A DNA stretch of 64,000 nt from Octopus vulgaris (GCA_951406725.2 OX597816.1:161076001-161140000), one strand, 5' to 3'. Shown: positions 40,085 to 54,876, counted from the stretch's first letter. Translations and numbers: made by a program. Notes: generated by a model from the letters alone, not told the origin.

Positions 40085-41215
40085 ATATGTCAAAAAGATA
40101 TTTGCTAGCTCGAGGACTTCAGTGCTGGTGATGTAGTTGCTGCAGTAAGTGTTGAGGTACGGAGGCAACAAGGTTGGTGAAAATGTTTGAGGAGTCTGAG
40201 ATGATAGCAGTTGGGGACCCAGGACTCAGAGCCATATTGGAGCGTCGTGAGAACGACGGCCCTGTAGACGCTGACTATTGTGCTGATCTTAAGATGTTTG
40301 TTGTTCCACACACGCTTGTACAGTTTGTCAAATGCTTTGTTTGACTTTGCAAGTCTGTTGTCAATTTCTTTGTCGATACGTGCATCTGATGAAATGGTAC
40401 ATCCAAGATAAGAGAAACTTCTGTACCGACTTCAGTTCTGTTTCGGCAATGGTAATGTGGGGCAGGCTGTACTCTTTCTGAGGAGCTGGTTAGCGTAGGA
40501 CATCAATCTTTTTCAAGCTTACTTCCAGCCCGAAGAGCTGGGCAGCCTCTGCAAAGCAGGATGTGATGCGCTGCGGAGCTCTTTCTGTATGCGCGTCAAG
40601 TGCGGAATCATCTACAAAGAGGAGGTCCAGGATCAATTGCTCTTGGGTCTTAGTGTGGGTCTGTAGGCGCCGGGGTTGAAAAGACTGCTATATGGAAGCA
40701 CTCCGTCGGTTACGACGATGAGGGTTCCGGTTGATCCGAATCAACGGAACAGCCTGCTCGTGAAATTAACGTGTAAGTGGCTGAGCACTCCACAGACACG
40801 TGCACCCATAACGTAGTTCTCGGGGATATTCAGCCGGGGATATACACAGAGAGTGACAAGGCCGGCCCCTTGAAATACAGGTACAACAGAAACAGGAAGT
40901 AAGTGTGAGAGAAAGTTGTGGTGAAAGAGTACAGCAGGGATCACCACCATCCCCTGCCGGAGCCTCATGGAGCTTTTAGGTGTTTTCGCTCAATAAACAC
41001 TCACAACGCCCGGTCTGGGAATCGAAACCGCGATCCTATGACCGCGTGTCCGCTGCCCTAATCACTGGGCCATTGCGCATCCACTGCTATCTAGACGGTA
41101 CCTGATGTAAACACCGTCTTCGGCGTTGAGGTCTGCAGTGACCTGCTTCAGCATCATGCCGAAGAAGATACTGAAGAGAGTTGGTGCCAAGACACAGCCC
41201 TGTTTCACGCCGATA
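40085..41215 (-). pseudogene. RTE (BovB-like) RT fragment split by SINE family D
   Basis: GVKQGCVLAPTLFSIFF, LLFVDDSAL, YRAVVLTTLQYGSESW. The SINE has an 8-bp TSD ACTGCTAT (40684-40691, 41083-41090). Confidence 0.9.
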
Positions 41216-41485
41216 GATCGCTAACCACTACACATTTTTTTATTTTCTCTCCTTGTTTCTTTCCGTGTTCCTTTCTGTGCAAGAGCGTAGGCTCATAACG
41301 TTAAAGACTTTTTCACTTCCCGAGCATTATACTAATACATCTGTTTGTTGCCTACACCACCTGTCTTCGTCTTTTGTTTTATTATTTTTTTTTGTGAATT
41401 CTCCCTATATATATATATATATATAATACTATATTTGTTCCACGTCCTCGCGTTGTTGTGTTTTTTTGTGCTTTCTTGTTTGGAT

Positions 41486-41575
<90 letters not shown>

Positions 41576-41776
41576 AATCACCAGTAAACAAGCAATAAGA
41601 AGCAACAGCAGTCAATTAGATGTACACAGTGAATGTATTGGGTGAAAGTTTTAGATGTAAAAATAGGTGTGGAAATGACGTCCGAGCATGGTTCTTCGTG
41701 GGAAAAAGGAAAAAGCCCAGAGAGGAGGGAAAGTAGTTAGTTTGGCGCAAAGCACGTATGTCATTACATGGTCGAA

Positions 41777-41998
<222 letters not shown>

Positions 41999-42309
41999 TC
42001 ACACATACACGCACACATATATGTGTGTGTGTGGAGGTGTGCCTCATTGTCTTGACATGACGTGTTAATTGCAAACAAGTATCACCGTCATACAAGCGGT
42101 GCTGTTCATTTCCAGTCTTCCGTGAAGACATGTCCAGCCGTTGGGAAATATTACTTTACGAGAGGAAAAAAAATATAGGGCTGGCAACAAGAAAGCATCT
42201 GGGCGTAGAAATCTGCCATAAGTGATTTGCGCAAGCATGAAAAAAGTGAACTTGATAATGACGACGACGATGATGCATAGAATCAGATAACTAAATGAAA
42301 ATCAAAATA

Positions 42310-43270
42310 AGGCGCAGGAGTGGCTGTGTGGTAAGTAGCTTGCTAACCAACCACATGGTTCCGGGTTCAGTCCCACTGCGTGGCATCTTGGGCAAGTGTC
42401 TTCTGCTATAGCCCCGGGCCGACCAATGCCTTGCGAGTGGATTTTGTAGACGGAAACTGAAAGAAGCTTGTCGTATATATGTATATATATATATGTGTGT
42501 GTGTTTGTGTGTCTGTGTTTGCCCCCTAGCATTGCTTGACAACCGATGCTGGTGTGTTTACGTCCCCGTCACTTAGCGGTTCGGCAAAAAGAGACCGATA
42601 GAATAAGTACTGGGCTTACAAAGAATAAGTCCTGGGGTTGATTTGCTCGACTAAAGGCGGTGCTCCAGCATGGCCGCAGTCAAATGACTGAAACAAGTAA
42701 AAGAGTAAAAGAGTAAAAGAGTAAGAGAGTTCAGGCATCTGTCCCTTGCTTACTTCGCACGGCGATTTTTTTCTCATTATTTTGTTATATATTGGCAATT
42801 CATAGTAATGGTCCCCTCCAAGTTATGCGCTTGTACGCGTGAATGCAGGTTTTACAAGTAGCGCACGAAGTAAAAAAAAAAAATGTAGAGGATAGGCGCA
42901 GCGTGGTTGTGTTAGGCGCTGCATGGCTGTGTGGTAAGAAGCTTGCTTCCCATCCACATGGTTCAGGGTTCAGTCCCACTGTGTGGCATCTTGGGCAAGC
43001 GTCTTCTACTATAGCCTCGGGCCGACCAAAGCCTTGTGGTAGCCGGAAACAGAAAGAAGTCCGTCGTATATATATGTGTGTATATTTGTGTGTGTGTGTG
43101 TGTGCGTGTGTGTGATTGTCTCCGTAACTTAGCGGTTCGGCAAAAGCGATCGATAGAATAAGCACTAGGGTTACAAAGAATAAGACCTGGGATTGATTTG
43201 TTCGACTAAAGGCGGCGCTCCAGCTTGGCCGCAGTCAAATAACTGAAACAAGTAAAATAATAAAAGAATA
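42310..43270 (+). mobile_element. Two SINE family A copies (42310-42728, 42914-43270)
   Basis: CpG-rich copies with (GTAAAAGA)n-type tails. Further copies at 39107-39487, 46557-46954 (minus), 47661-48027 (minus), 49614-50185, 59170-59332. Confidence 0.9.
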
Positions 43271-43727
43271 ATAAGATCAATTTTTTTTTTTAATTCAAGA
43301 AATAAATTGTATAATCAATTTCACAATAAAATCTGAAATAAAGCTCTTTTGAAATGGTATGCATTTACTTAGATGGTCACGGCGTATTTAAAATATGGTT
43401 ACTCGCGTGTATGGGCGCATACTTGACCACGTAAAACAAAATTAGCGTGCAAGTAAGTTTCTGTGCACACCCGCAACAAAAAGTTAGAAGGAATATTGTT
43501 CATAACTTGGGTGGTATCAACCCCTTGGTGGGTGTTGTCAGCTCAGAAGAGGGCGGCAAATGTCAAACGACGCTACGGGTGGTCGCCGGGTGTTTAATAG
43601 GGGTGTGATTATTCTTGGAGATAAAATAGTAAAACCAGGTACATTAGTTATATTTTAAACACATTTTAAAAAAGTATTTGCGATGGTATTAGAATATATA
43701 TTGTATTATCAGTGAACACACACAAAC

Positions 43728-43758
<31 letters not shown>

Positions 43759-44397
43759 AACACACACACACACCACACACACATGTATATTTCTACATAA
43801 TGGTTTCAAATTTTGGAACAACTCCAGCAATTTTACAGAAAGGAGTAGGTCGATTACATCGACACTAACATAAAAAGCAAAGTCGACCTCGATAGCATTT
43901 GAATTCAGAGCGTAAATCCAGATAAAATGTCGCTTAATATTTTGTCCGGCGAGGTAACGATTCTGCGAAGCTAGTCGCTTTAAAATAATAACCGTCAGTA
44001 ATTTGGGAGCGGGGATAAGTCGATTTACACCCTTAAAAGGGATGAAAGACAAAATCGACCTCGACGTAATTTGAACTCAGAACGTAACGGCAGACGAAAT
44101 ACCTATTTCTTTACTACCCACAAGGGGCTAAACACAGAGAGGACAAACAAGGACAGACAAAGGGATTAAGTCGATTATAAGGACCCCGGTGCGTAACTAG
44201 TACTTATTTAATCGACCCCGAAAGGATGAAAGGCAAAGTCGACCTCGGCGGAATTTGAACTCAGAACGTAACGGCAGACGAAATACCGCTAAGCATTTCG
44301 CCCGATTCTGCTTGATTGTTGCTTTAATGCATTTATACATAATATTAGCCAATATGAAATTGTTAGTTGTGTGACCCTTCTAGTTGCGCTATACATT

Positions 44398-44467
<70 letters not shown>

Positions 44468-44549
44468 TGGCAGTTATTTCTAGCAGGTAGAGCAACCACG
44501 TAGATACTTTCTCTGGTAAATTCTAATATATCACCACATATTAGTAACG

Positions 44550-45767
44550 GAAGAGATGATTATAGCATTAAAGGAAGTTGAAGAGAAAGCTCAGAAGTAG
44601 GATAATGAACACTACGTGGTGTTTACAGAGTTGACAAAAGCGTCTAATACTTTGTCCAGGGGCAATAAAGAAGGTTCTTTCAAATACAGTCATTCCAGAC
44701 TGTCATTTTCATCAAACCAGTCTCTGTGTCTGGCAGTAGCATATCGCAGTGTTTCAGCAGCACATTGAAAAACCTGGTCTCGAAAATCTTCCCACGCTGT
44801 AGTATTTTCAATGCTGGATAAACGATTCTGAAACTCTTTCCTCATTACAGCATTGTATATCTTATGGACATTCAGACGCCGAGGAATGCCAACTGGCCTT
44901 CTTTCTTTCATTCTGATCATCATCCGAATCTTTGTTCGCACCAGGCTGTGGTCTGTCCAGCACTCCGAGCCATGAAAGGACTTGACATTACAAATGTCAC
45001 AGACGTCACGCTTGCGAATGATGATATAATCCAGCGAGTGTCAAACTTTAGACCTTGGGTGTAGCCACGTTGTTGTGTGATCACCTCTATGCATAAAATG
45101 AGTGCTTGCGATGTAAAGTCCATATTTTTTGCAAAGCTCCAGAAGCATGAGACCATTGCTATTCATCTTCCCTATACCAAAACGTCCAAATGAATTCCAC
45201 GTCTGCCAATTTGTTCCAACCCTGGCATTGAAATTACCTTATAGAATGACATAATCAGAATTGGGGATTTTTCTAAGTATTGTTCTCAGCTGGGTGTAGA
45301 AAATAGTTTTATCTTCATCACAACTGGCCAAAGTAGGTCCATAGACACTTATTAAAGTAGCAAACCGCCCGCCTCTCAGGTGCAAACGTAGAGTCAATAG
45401 ACGATCATTTATAAGAACAGAAAGCTCCTCCAACTTATTAAGGATTTCAGATCGAACTGCAAAGCCAACACCAGCCTCTCTGCGCTCATCCATCGGTTTC
45501 CCCTTAACCCCCCCCAAAAAACCCCCCCAAATGGGTTTATCCACCTCCTACTTCCTCAAGCTGACCATCACCTTGTTAGAATGAATGATAGCAGGACCCC
45601 TAAACAGATGCTATATGGGGAACTTGTTAGTGGAAAGCGTATGTTTGTCAAGAGCAGGGCTCGTTAGTCACCAACGGAGCAGCAAGTGTAAAGTATAAGG
45701 TAGTCTTGAGTGCCCAATGTTCCTGAAGGTCAGCAATGGTCTTCCTCGGTCACGAGCGAAAAGCCAA
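44550..45767. pseudogene. Rearranged RTE LINE: RT piece (+), AP-endonuclease (-), C-terminus/3'UTR (+)
   Basis: Plus 44555-44660 EEKAQ..YVVFTELTKAS; minus 44690-45570 EAGVGFAV..INDRLLTLRL..LISVYGPT; plus 45573-45640 RMNDSRTPKQMLYGELVSGKR, then SRAGLVSHQR. Confidence 0.8.
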
Positions 45768-45874
45768 CATGTATATATATACATCATTATTCGGTTTTAT
45801 TTCAAGATTTCTTGCCAATAGAGAAAGAGTCGGTTTGTAATCTAGATCCAAGGCTCTTTCATTAGAATTTCCAC

Positions 45875-46290
45875 ATGTATGTATGTATGTATGTATGTAT
45901 GTATGTATGTATGTATATATGTATGTATGTATGTATGTGTGTATGTGTGTATGTATGTATGTATGTATGTATGTATGTATGTATGTACGTACGTACTTAC
46001 GTATGTATGTATGTATGTATGTATATTTGTATGTATGTATGTATGTATGTATGTATGTATGTATGTATGTATGTATGTATGTATGTACGTACGTACTTAC
46101 GTATGTATGTATGTATGTATGTATATTTGTATGTATGTATGTATGTATGTATGTATGTATGTATGTATGTATGTATGTATGTATGTATGTACGTACGTAC
46201 TTACGTATGTATGTATGTATGTATATTTGTATGTATGTATGTATGTATGTATGTATGTATGTATGTACGTACGTACGTACGTATGTTTGT
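45875..46290. repeat. (ATGT)n with higher-order GTACGTACGTACTTAC units
   Basis: Direct reading. Confidence 0.95.
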
Positions 46291-47606
46291 TTGTGTGTAT
46301 TTATGTACGTGCTTGTGAAAGCGTGAGTTTGTCGTCACCAACGCTTGACAACCTGTGTTGGTTTGTTTACGTCCCCACTACGGAGCGGTTCGGCCTCAGT
46401 AACCGATAGAATAAATACCATACTTAAGAAGAAAAAACCACCATATGTACTGGGGTCAACTTGTTCGACTAAAACCCTTCTAGGCGTTACTACAGCATGG
46501 CCGCAGTTCAATGAGACAAGTAAAAGATAAAAGATATATATTATGCATACATGTATACTCTTTTACTCTTTTACTTGTTTCAGTCATTTGACTGCGGCCA
46601 TGCTGGAGCACCGCCTTTAATCGAGCAACTCGACCCCGGGACTTATTCTTTTGTAAGCCCAGTACTTATTCTATCGGTCTCTTTTGCCGAATCGCTAAGT
46701 AACGGGGACATAAACACACCAGCATCGGTTGTCAAGCAATGCTAGGGGAACAAACACAGACACACAAACACACATATATATATATATATACGACGGGCTT
46801 CTTTCAGTTTCCGTCTACCAAATCCACTCACAAGGCTCTGGTCGGCCCGAGGCTATAGTAGAAGACACTTACCCAAGATGCCACGCAGTGGGACTGAACC
46901 CGGAACCATGTGGTCGGTAAACAAGCTACTTACCACACAGCCACTCCTGCGCCTTTGTATATATACAAACACATAAACACATACACAGGTACACAGACAT
47001 GTACACACATATGTGCATACATGCATATATGACTGTGATGTAATGTACATGCACCGGCATGCTTCTACTAGATGACATACATATATTCGTGTTTATGACG
47101 AATGCCTGTGAGTGGGTTGTGATTTCTATACATTTGAGAACGAGTGGGAGTAAATCAAGGGTGAGCGAGTGAGTGTGAGTGTGTGCTTGAGAGAGAGAGG
47201 GGGGAGAGGGAGAGGGAAGGAGAGAGAAGTTCCTGATGAAAACTAACTCAGAAAAAAATGCCTGCTTTGCATATCGTTAAAAATAATAGCCACAGGCATT
47301 TTGAATGAATGACTGTTTTGATTTTTCGTTCAATATTATTTTGATTGAGAATAAGAAAAACTATGTTAAAAAACAAAGTAGCGCGAGAAATGCGTGTGAG
47401 AAGAGGAGATGTGCGTGTGCGTGGGTGGTGGGGGAGTGCTGTCGGAGAGGGAAGACAGGGGTGGTGGTGGTGGTGGTGGTGGTGGTGTTGCTATTTCAGC
47501 AAAGATCATTTCGGAAAGAAGAATAAAAATGTACGGAGATCTGCAATCACGAATCTGTTGAATGTATATATGTATGGATATAACGAGGCATATGTATGTA
47601 TGTATG

Positions 47607-47640
<34 letters not shown>

Positions 47641-47837
47641 TGTATGTATGTATGTATGTATCTCTTTTATTGTTTCAGTTATTTGACTGTGGCCATGCTG
47701 GAGCACCGCTTTTAGTCGAGCAAATCGACCCCAGGTCTTATTCATTGTAAGCCTAGTACTTATTCTATCGGTCTCTTTTTGCCGAACCGCTAAGTTACGT
47801 AAACACACCAAGCGATGTTGGGGGAGGGGGCAAATAT

Positions 47838-47875
<38 letters not shown>

Positions 47876-48126
47876 GCATATATAAGACGGGCAAATCCAC
47901 TCACAAGGCTTTGGTCAGCCAGAGACTATAGTAGAAGACACTTGCCCAAGGTGACAAGCAGTGGGACTGAACCCGGAACCATGTGGTTGGTAAGCAAGCT
48001 ACTTACCACACAGCCACTCCTACGCCTATGTATGTATGTATGTATGTATGTATGTATGTATGTATGTATGTATGTATGTATGTATGTATGTATCTCTTTT
48101 ACTTTTATGTATGTGTACATATGTAT

Positions 48127-48947
48127 ATCATTATTCAGTTTTATTTCAAGATTTCTTGCCAATAGAGAAAGAACCGGTTTCTAACTTAGATCTAAGGCCC
48201 CTTCATTGGAATTTCAACAACAACAGGGTACATTTGTATGTATGTATGTGCTGATTTGTATGTTTTATGTATGTATTCTCATGCATATAATTACATATCT
48301 AGAATTGCTCATATATATTTAAATGATAAACTTCTGAAAAGTTTTACAGATTTTTACAGTTCCAGTGATGGATTGGATGTGTAGTCTTCGAATTAGCTTT
48401 CTCTTTTCTGGTTTTGAGAAGCCTAATTTCTCAAGATTGGTATTTAGGCAGTGTGTTACATATCCTAGGACCCCAATAATTACAGGTATAAACGTGAACT
48501 TATAATCTGGATAGAGTAACTGCAGATTTCTTAATAGTACAGCACAGGTGTTCTCTTCTTCACTGATTTTCAGCTTTATGTTAACATCCACTGGGCAGCT
48601 AATTTCCACAACTGCGCACAGTTTCTCTTCTCTATCCCAAATCATTATATCAGGTCTGTTGTGCTTACATTTCATTGAGGTCTTCACTGGTACATTTCAC
48701 CAGTATTCCTTTTTATTATGAATGGCTATGGCTTCTACCATATTGTGGGTTCTTATTTCTTTGTCTTCGGAATTATACTTCCGACGGATTTCACTATAGA
48801 GTGTCCTAGCTACAACGTCATGTCTCATCGATAGGTAATATCGTGATGACATTTTCGGACAACTGCTTATGATGTGGGTGATATCTTCAGTGTGAACTCC
48901 ACGAAGTCTGCATCGTTTGTCACATTTTACGGCTTTTCCTGCATCTC
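48127..48947 (-). mobile_element. 5'-truncated non-LTR element with restriction-like endonuclease (R4/Dong-like); 3'UTR-only copy at 45784-45874
   Basis: CRLRGVHTEDITHIISSC..RHDVVAR (decayed CCHC plus RHD) and KHNRPDIMIWD..VVEISCP..IPVIIGVLG (PD-(D/E) nuclease). Confidence 0.9.
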
Positions 48948-49835
48948 TATGTATGTATGTATGTATGTATGTATGTATGTATGATGTACGTACGTACGTA
49001 CGTACGCCAAAAGTAAAATTATATTGTATTTTCTGAAAGCTGAAACTTTACGATGTTACAATAGTTTCTCGTTTTCGATATTGGGGACGAGAAACTGACA
49101 AGTTTCTTATTTCTTATTTCTTTATTGCCCACGAGGGGCTAAACAAAGAGGGGACAAACAAGGACAGACAAAGGGATTAGGTCGATTACATCGACCCTAG
49201 TGCGTAACTGGTACTTAATTTATCGACCCCGAAAGGATGAAAGGCAAAGTCGACCTCGGAGGAATTTGAGCTCAGAACGTAACGGCAGACGAAATACCTA
49301 TTTCTTTACTACCCACAAGGGGCTACACACAGAGAGGACAAACAAGGACAGACAAACGGATTAAGTCGATTATATCGACCCTAGTGCGTAACTGGTACTT
49401 ATTTAATCGACCCCGAAAGGACGAAAGGCAAAGTCGACCTCGGCGGAATTTGAATTCAGAACGTAGCGGCAGACGCAATAGCGCTAAGCATTTCGCCCGG
49501 CGTGCTAAAGTTTTTGCCAGCTCGCCGCCTCTTCATCCTGACAAGTTTCGTGATCCATTATAGGATTTGAAGTTAGATGTGGCCTGAGCCAATAATGGCC
49601 ATACATAAGTGTTAGGCGTAATTGTGTGGTAAGAAGTTTGCTTCCAAACCACATGGTTCTGGGTTCAGTCCCACTACCTAGCACCTTGAGCAAGTGTCTT
49701 CTACTATAGCCTCGGGCCGACCAAAGCCTTAGGGGTGGATTTGGTAGACGGAAACGGAAAAATACACTTCGCATATATATGTGTGTATGTGTGTGTGCGT
49801 GTGTGTGTGTGTGTTTGTGTATGCGTGCGTGTGAG

Positions 49836-49987
49836 CACTAGCGTATCTGGGAGGGGGGGTTTCCGCCCCGGGCGACACTTTTCCTCCTGTTGTAGGCTAT
49901 TGCTGTAAACAATGTGTTTTTTGTGGGGTCGGAGGGCGGCAAACGGATGGGCCGCCCTGGGCAGCACACACTCTAGCTACGCTAGTG
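49836..49987. mobile_element. hAT-type MITE nested in a SINE
   Basis: TIR CACTAGCGTA.CT / AGCTACGCTAGTG. 8-bp TSD CGTGTGAG (49828-49835, 49988-49995). Confidence 0.9.
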
Positions 49988-50258
49988 CGTGTGAGCGCGA
50001 GTTGGTGTATTTATGTCGCTGTAAACTAGCGGTTCCGTAAAAGAGATCGATAGAATAAATATCAGGATAAAAACAAAAATAAATAGTGAAGTTGATTCAT
50101 TCGAATAAAAAACAATGCTTCAAGGCGATATCCCAGCATGGCCGTAGTCTGGTAACTGAAACAAGGAAAACACAAAAGATAAAAAGCATGTATGCGTGTG
50201 TGATCTATACATATACATTATAAATATAAAGATTTGAACGTACATACTAATATATATA

Positions 50259-50847
50259 CAGGCATACCTCGGCTTAAGTCGTTCTCGATTATACGTCGGT
50301 ATATGGAAAAATAAAAATCAAGTTAAGTAATTTTACTCGATTTTACGTGTCCACCACAAATATTGGAATCGTAAAATCACTAGAAAACCGTTAAAAGCAC
50401 ATAAAAATCATGTTACTGTACAATAAATAAGAATAAAAGCGTATAAAAACATATTAAAATACGTACAGTAAATGTTAAGGTACACACCATAAAGTAGTGT
50501 AGCTTAGTGAACGAAATCATGAAATCAGTTGTGTTGTCTTATTTATTGGTCTTTCGGAGCTTATATTTTACCATATCTTATTGCAAACCGTAGTACAGTA
50601 AACACTGCCAAATTGTATTCATAAATTTAGATTACTTTTTTTTTTATTGTACTGTATTAAAAAATAAAAATCATTTGTTTGTTAGCTTAAAATAGGTTTT
50701 TATTAACCGTGCATTATTGAAAATGCATTGATAAATAAAGTTTAGCCTAGAGACAAGTAAATTCGGCCTAGCCTAGCCTAGAAACAAGTCAATTCGACTT
50801 AAGTCGTGTCTCATAGAACCAATAAACGACGCAGCCTGTGTATACTG
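50259..50847. mobile_element. Tigger-like non-autonomous DNA transposon
   Basis: TA|CAGGCATACCTCG left end (Tigger1-type), decayed right end ..GTATACTG|TA, subterminal CTTAAGTCG repeats. Confidence 0.7.
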
Positions 50848-51085
50848 TATACATACATACTTATGCGAGTATAGAAATGCAAGGTAAATAGCTGAGACTA
50901 GCACCCGAAAATCAAATATAGATTTAAATAGTTTTTCTTTTTTATTGAAGCTAAAAAGATTTCACCAACAGTTATTCAGAGCTTCTCGTGATCGATCATC
51001 CCACAAAATACGACTACCTGATGATCAGTTTGTGAACTCTTTTTAGCGTAAATAAATTACACACACACACACACACACACACACG

Positions 51086-51128
<43 letters not shown>

Positions 51129-51499
51129 TATCTGATCTCATAAGTATAAACTTTCCAGAGAAAGTGAAATAATAATTTGGGGTGTGGGTGGAAATAGTGG
51201 ATCTCGAAGCAAATAAAGCTATAAATAATAGCATGTCAATATATTTCTTTTTGTTGTGTCTGGGGAGTCATTTTCTTTTTGTGCCTTATAATTTTACACA
51301 CCCACCGGTAAAATTTCCACTTATTTCTTATTTTTTATTTTCCTAAAATTTTCGTTGGGTCTACCAAATCCAAAAACGAAATATTTCTTTTTATCTAAAC
51401 CAATATTTACATGCTATTATGAATGTTTTTTTTTTTTTGGGGGGGGGGTGTTTCTTCGAGATCCACTATCAATAAAAAAGAATTGTGTGTATGTGCCTA

Positions 51500-52347
51500 T
51501 TATATATAGATGAGTGTTGTATATGTCAGTATTCCGCAATCTTTTCCCACTTGTGGCACACCTATGTTCTTTTCAAAATACAGCGGCACACCTGAACTAA
51601 AAATAAAACCAAAAGTATAAGAAAAAAATTATATTCAGGTTACACTGCGGCACACCTAGCATTGTCTCGTGCATACCTGTGTGCCGCGGCATACCGGTTG
51701 CGGAGCAGTGGTTTATGTTTGTGTATAAGGCGTCGAGCTGGCAGATACGTTAGCACGTCGGGCGAAATGCTTAGCGGTATTTCGTCTGCCGTTACGTTCT
51801 GAGTTCAAATTCCGTCGAGGTCGACTTTACCTTTCATCCTTTCGGGGTCGATAAATTAAGTACCAGTTACGCACTGGGGTCGATGTAATCGACTTAATCC
51901 CTTTGTCTGTCTTTGTTTGTCCTCTCTGTGTTTAGCCCCTTGTGGGTAGTAAAGAAATATATATATATAGATGAGTGTTGTATATGTCAGTATTCCGCAA
52001 TATTTCCCACTTGTGGCACACCTATATTCTTTTCAAAAGACAGCGGCACACCTGAACTAAAAATAAAACCAAAAGTATAAGAAAATAATTATATTCAGGT
52101 TACACTGCGGCACACCTAGCATTGTCTCGTGGCACACCTGTGTGCCGCGGCATACCGGTTGCGGAGCAGTGGTATATGTTTGTGTAGGTCCAAATTCCGC
52201 CGAGGTCGACTTTGCCTTTCATCCTTTCGGGGTCGATAAATTAAGTACCAGTTACGCACTGGCGTCGATGTAATCGACTTAATACCTATGTCTGTCCTTG
52301 TTTGTCCCCTCTGTGTTTAGCCCCTTGTAGGTAATAAAGCAATAGGT
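51500..52347 (+). repeat. Local tandem duplication of a hAT-like MITE plus SINE B
   Basis: 51502-51725 is nearly identical to 51963-52186. MITE ends CAGTATTCCGCAA..TTGCGGAGCAGTG. Confidence 0.8.
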
Positions 52348-53597
52348 ATATCTTTGTGTATACACACACACGTGCTTTTGTCTGCATCTTTTGAACAGCT
52401 GCCTTATCTGTGGAATTGGCGTCTATATATGTGCTTGTATATGTATGTATGCACAGCGTATTGAAGTACAAGGAAGTTCTTAACTCGAAAAAAGTAGACG
52501 ACACGCAGCAGCGACAACATCAAGGACAAAAAGATTATGTGCGAAAAATTTATGAAGATCACCTAAATTTTATTAAAATCGTTACTACGTAAAGCTTTCT
52601 AGATATTTTTGTTGTTGTTAGTGAAGAATGTTGTTGGACTCGTCACTACCACCACCACCACCACCATCACCACTATTTTCACTGTCGATATCGTGTTAGT
52701 TGTTGTGGTGGTGCTTATCATCATCGTTACCGTTGTCAGCATCATCGTCATCATCACCACCGTATTGATTCTCGTCCATTGTTTATTATTGCTTGTGTTG
52801 TTATTGTTGCTGTTGTCAATCTGCGTTGTCATTTATTTTATATTATAGTACACAAGCTGTTTTGTTGCTTCTCTGTGACCGTCTCCGTCTCTACCACTGC
52901 TGCTAGCGGCGCTGACGCCGCCGCCGTCGTCTGCTCTTTGTCGTCGTCATCGTCATCGTAGTCATGGTCGTTGTCGCCTGCTCAGCTTAAACGCCGATCT
53001 GGCAGTCTTTAAATCAACACTAAATTCTTTGAATTGTTTTTAAAAGTGAGTAAACAATAAACCCCAGACAAAATATATAGATATATATATATATTTTCTT
53101 AAACTTAATCAACAGGTGAACAACCGGCCGACTGAAAATAGTCACAGTTCTGCAATGGACGACAAACTTATCCGGAACCTACGTTTTTTATTATTTGTTT
53201 TATAAACAGTTTGTTTATGGATACGTAAAGTAAATTTCAAAGGATAACAGAAGCTTCTCACGGAAATATTCCCCTTATTTTTTGGAGTATAGTAGCTGTA
53301 TGAAGGAGAGAAACTTGGGGAGATACATAACATTAAGGATTAAGGTAAATATAAAGTTGTGGTCTGTTGGTCTTCTCTTCAGACTCTTTCTCTCTCTCTC
53401 TCACCATCTGTTTGTCTTTCCTCCTTTTTTCTTTGTCTATTGTATTCTTTATTTTTTTCTCTCTTTCTGTTGAAGTCAATCGATATTGAATTGGTGTATA
53501 TGTATCTTGTGTACACAACGCATACAGAGTAAATTTGATTACATACATACATACACGTGTATACATACATATATAACTAAATTCTTTAAATTCTATG

Positions 53598-53631
<34 letters not shown>

Positions 53632-53760
53632 TATATATATAGGCTTACCTTCGTTTTGAGAAAGATCGCCATATATATATACATATATATATACATACAT
53701 ATATATATATACATACATACATACATATATACATACATACATATATATATACATACATAC

Positions 53761-53804
<44 letters not shown>

Positions 53805-54189
53805 ATACATACATACATACATACATACATACATACATACATACATAATATATATATATATATATATACATACATACATACATATATATATATATACTTG
53901 TATACTGTACTATAAATGATTGCGGAGATGACAGTACCACAAATAATACACACACACAAATATATACACGTATATATATAACATGCATATACATATATAC
54001 GCACACACACACACACGCATGCATGTATATACACACATATATGTATGTATCTATGCATACATGCACACATGTAGGCGTGTGTGGATGCATGTATACATAC
54101 ATTAATACACACGCTTGTGATAAAACCTGGATCTAACGAAACATTACTGGAGTAGAAACAGAAGCTAGGGGGAAATCTCCATGTGAACA

Positions 54190-54328
54190 TATGTGTGTGT
54201 GTTTGCGTGCGTGTTTGAGTGTGTGTGTGTGTGTGTTTGAGTGTATGTATGTATGTATGTATGTATGTATGTATGTATGTATGTATGTATGTGTATGTGT
54301 GTGTGTGTATGTATGTATGTATGTATGT

Positions 54329-54368
<40 letters not shown>

Positions 54369-54455
54369 ATGTATGTACGTACGTACGTATGTATGTATGT
54401 GTGGATATATAAGTGTGTGTGTGTATGTATGTATGTATGTGTATGTGTGTATGTA

Positions 54456-54490
<35 letters not shown>

Positions 54491-54601
54491 ATGTATGTAC
54501 GTACGTATGTATGTATGTGTGGATATATAAGTGTGTGTGTGTATGTATGTATGTATGTATGTACGTACGTATGTATGTATGTATGTGTGGATATATAAGT
54601 A

Positions 54602-54632
<31 letters not shown>

Positions 54633-54645
54633 GGATATATAAGTA

Positions 54646-54682
<37 letters not shown>

Positions 54683-54773
54683 ATGTACGTACGTATGTAT
54701 GTATGTATGTGTGGATATATAAGTATGTGTGTGTGTGTATGTATGTATGTATGTATGTATGTATGTGTATATA

Positions 54774-54804
<31 letters not shown>

Positions 54805-54843
54805 ACGTACGTATGTATGTATGTATGTGTGGATATATAAGTA

Positions 54844-54876
<33 letters not shown>

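Noticed and set aside
52599-52961. Hydrophobic membrane-like ORFs
   Set aside because: Decayed trinucleotide repeats (GTT/CAC/CAT).
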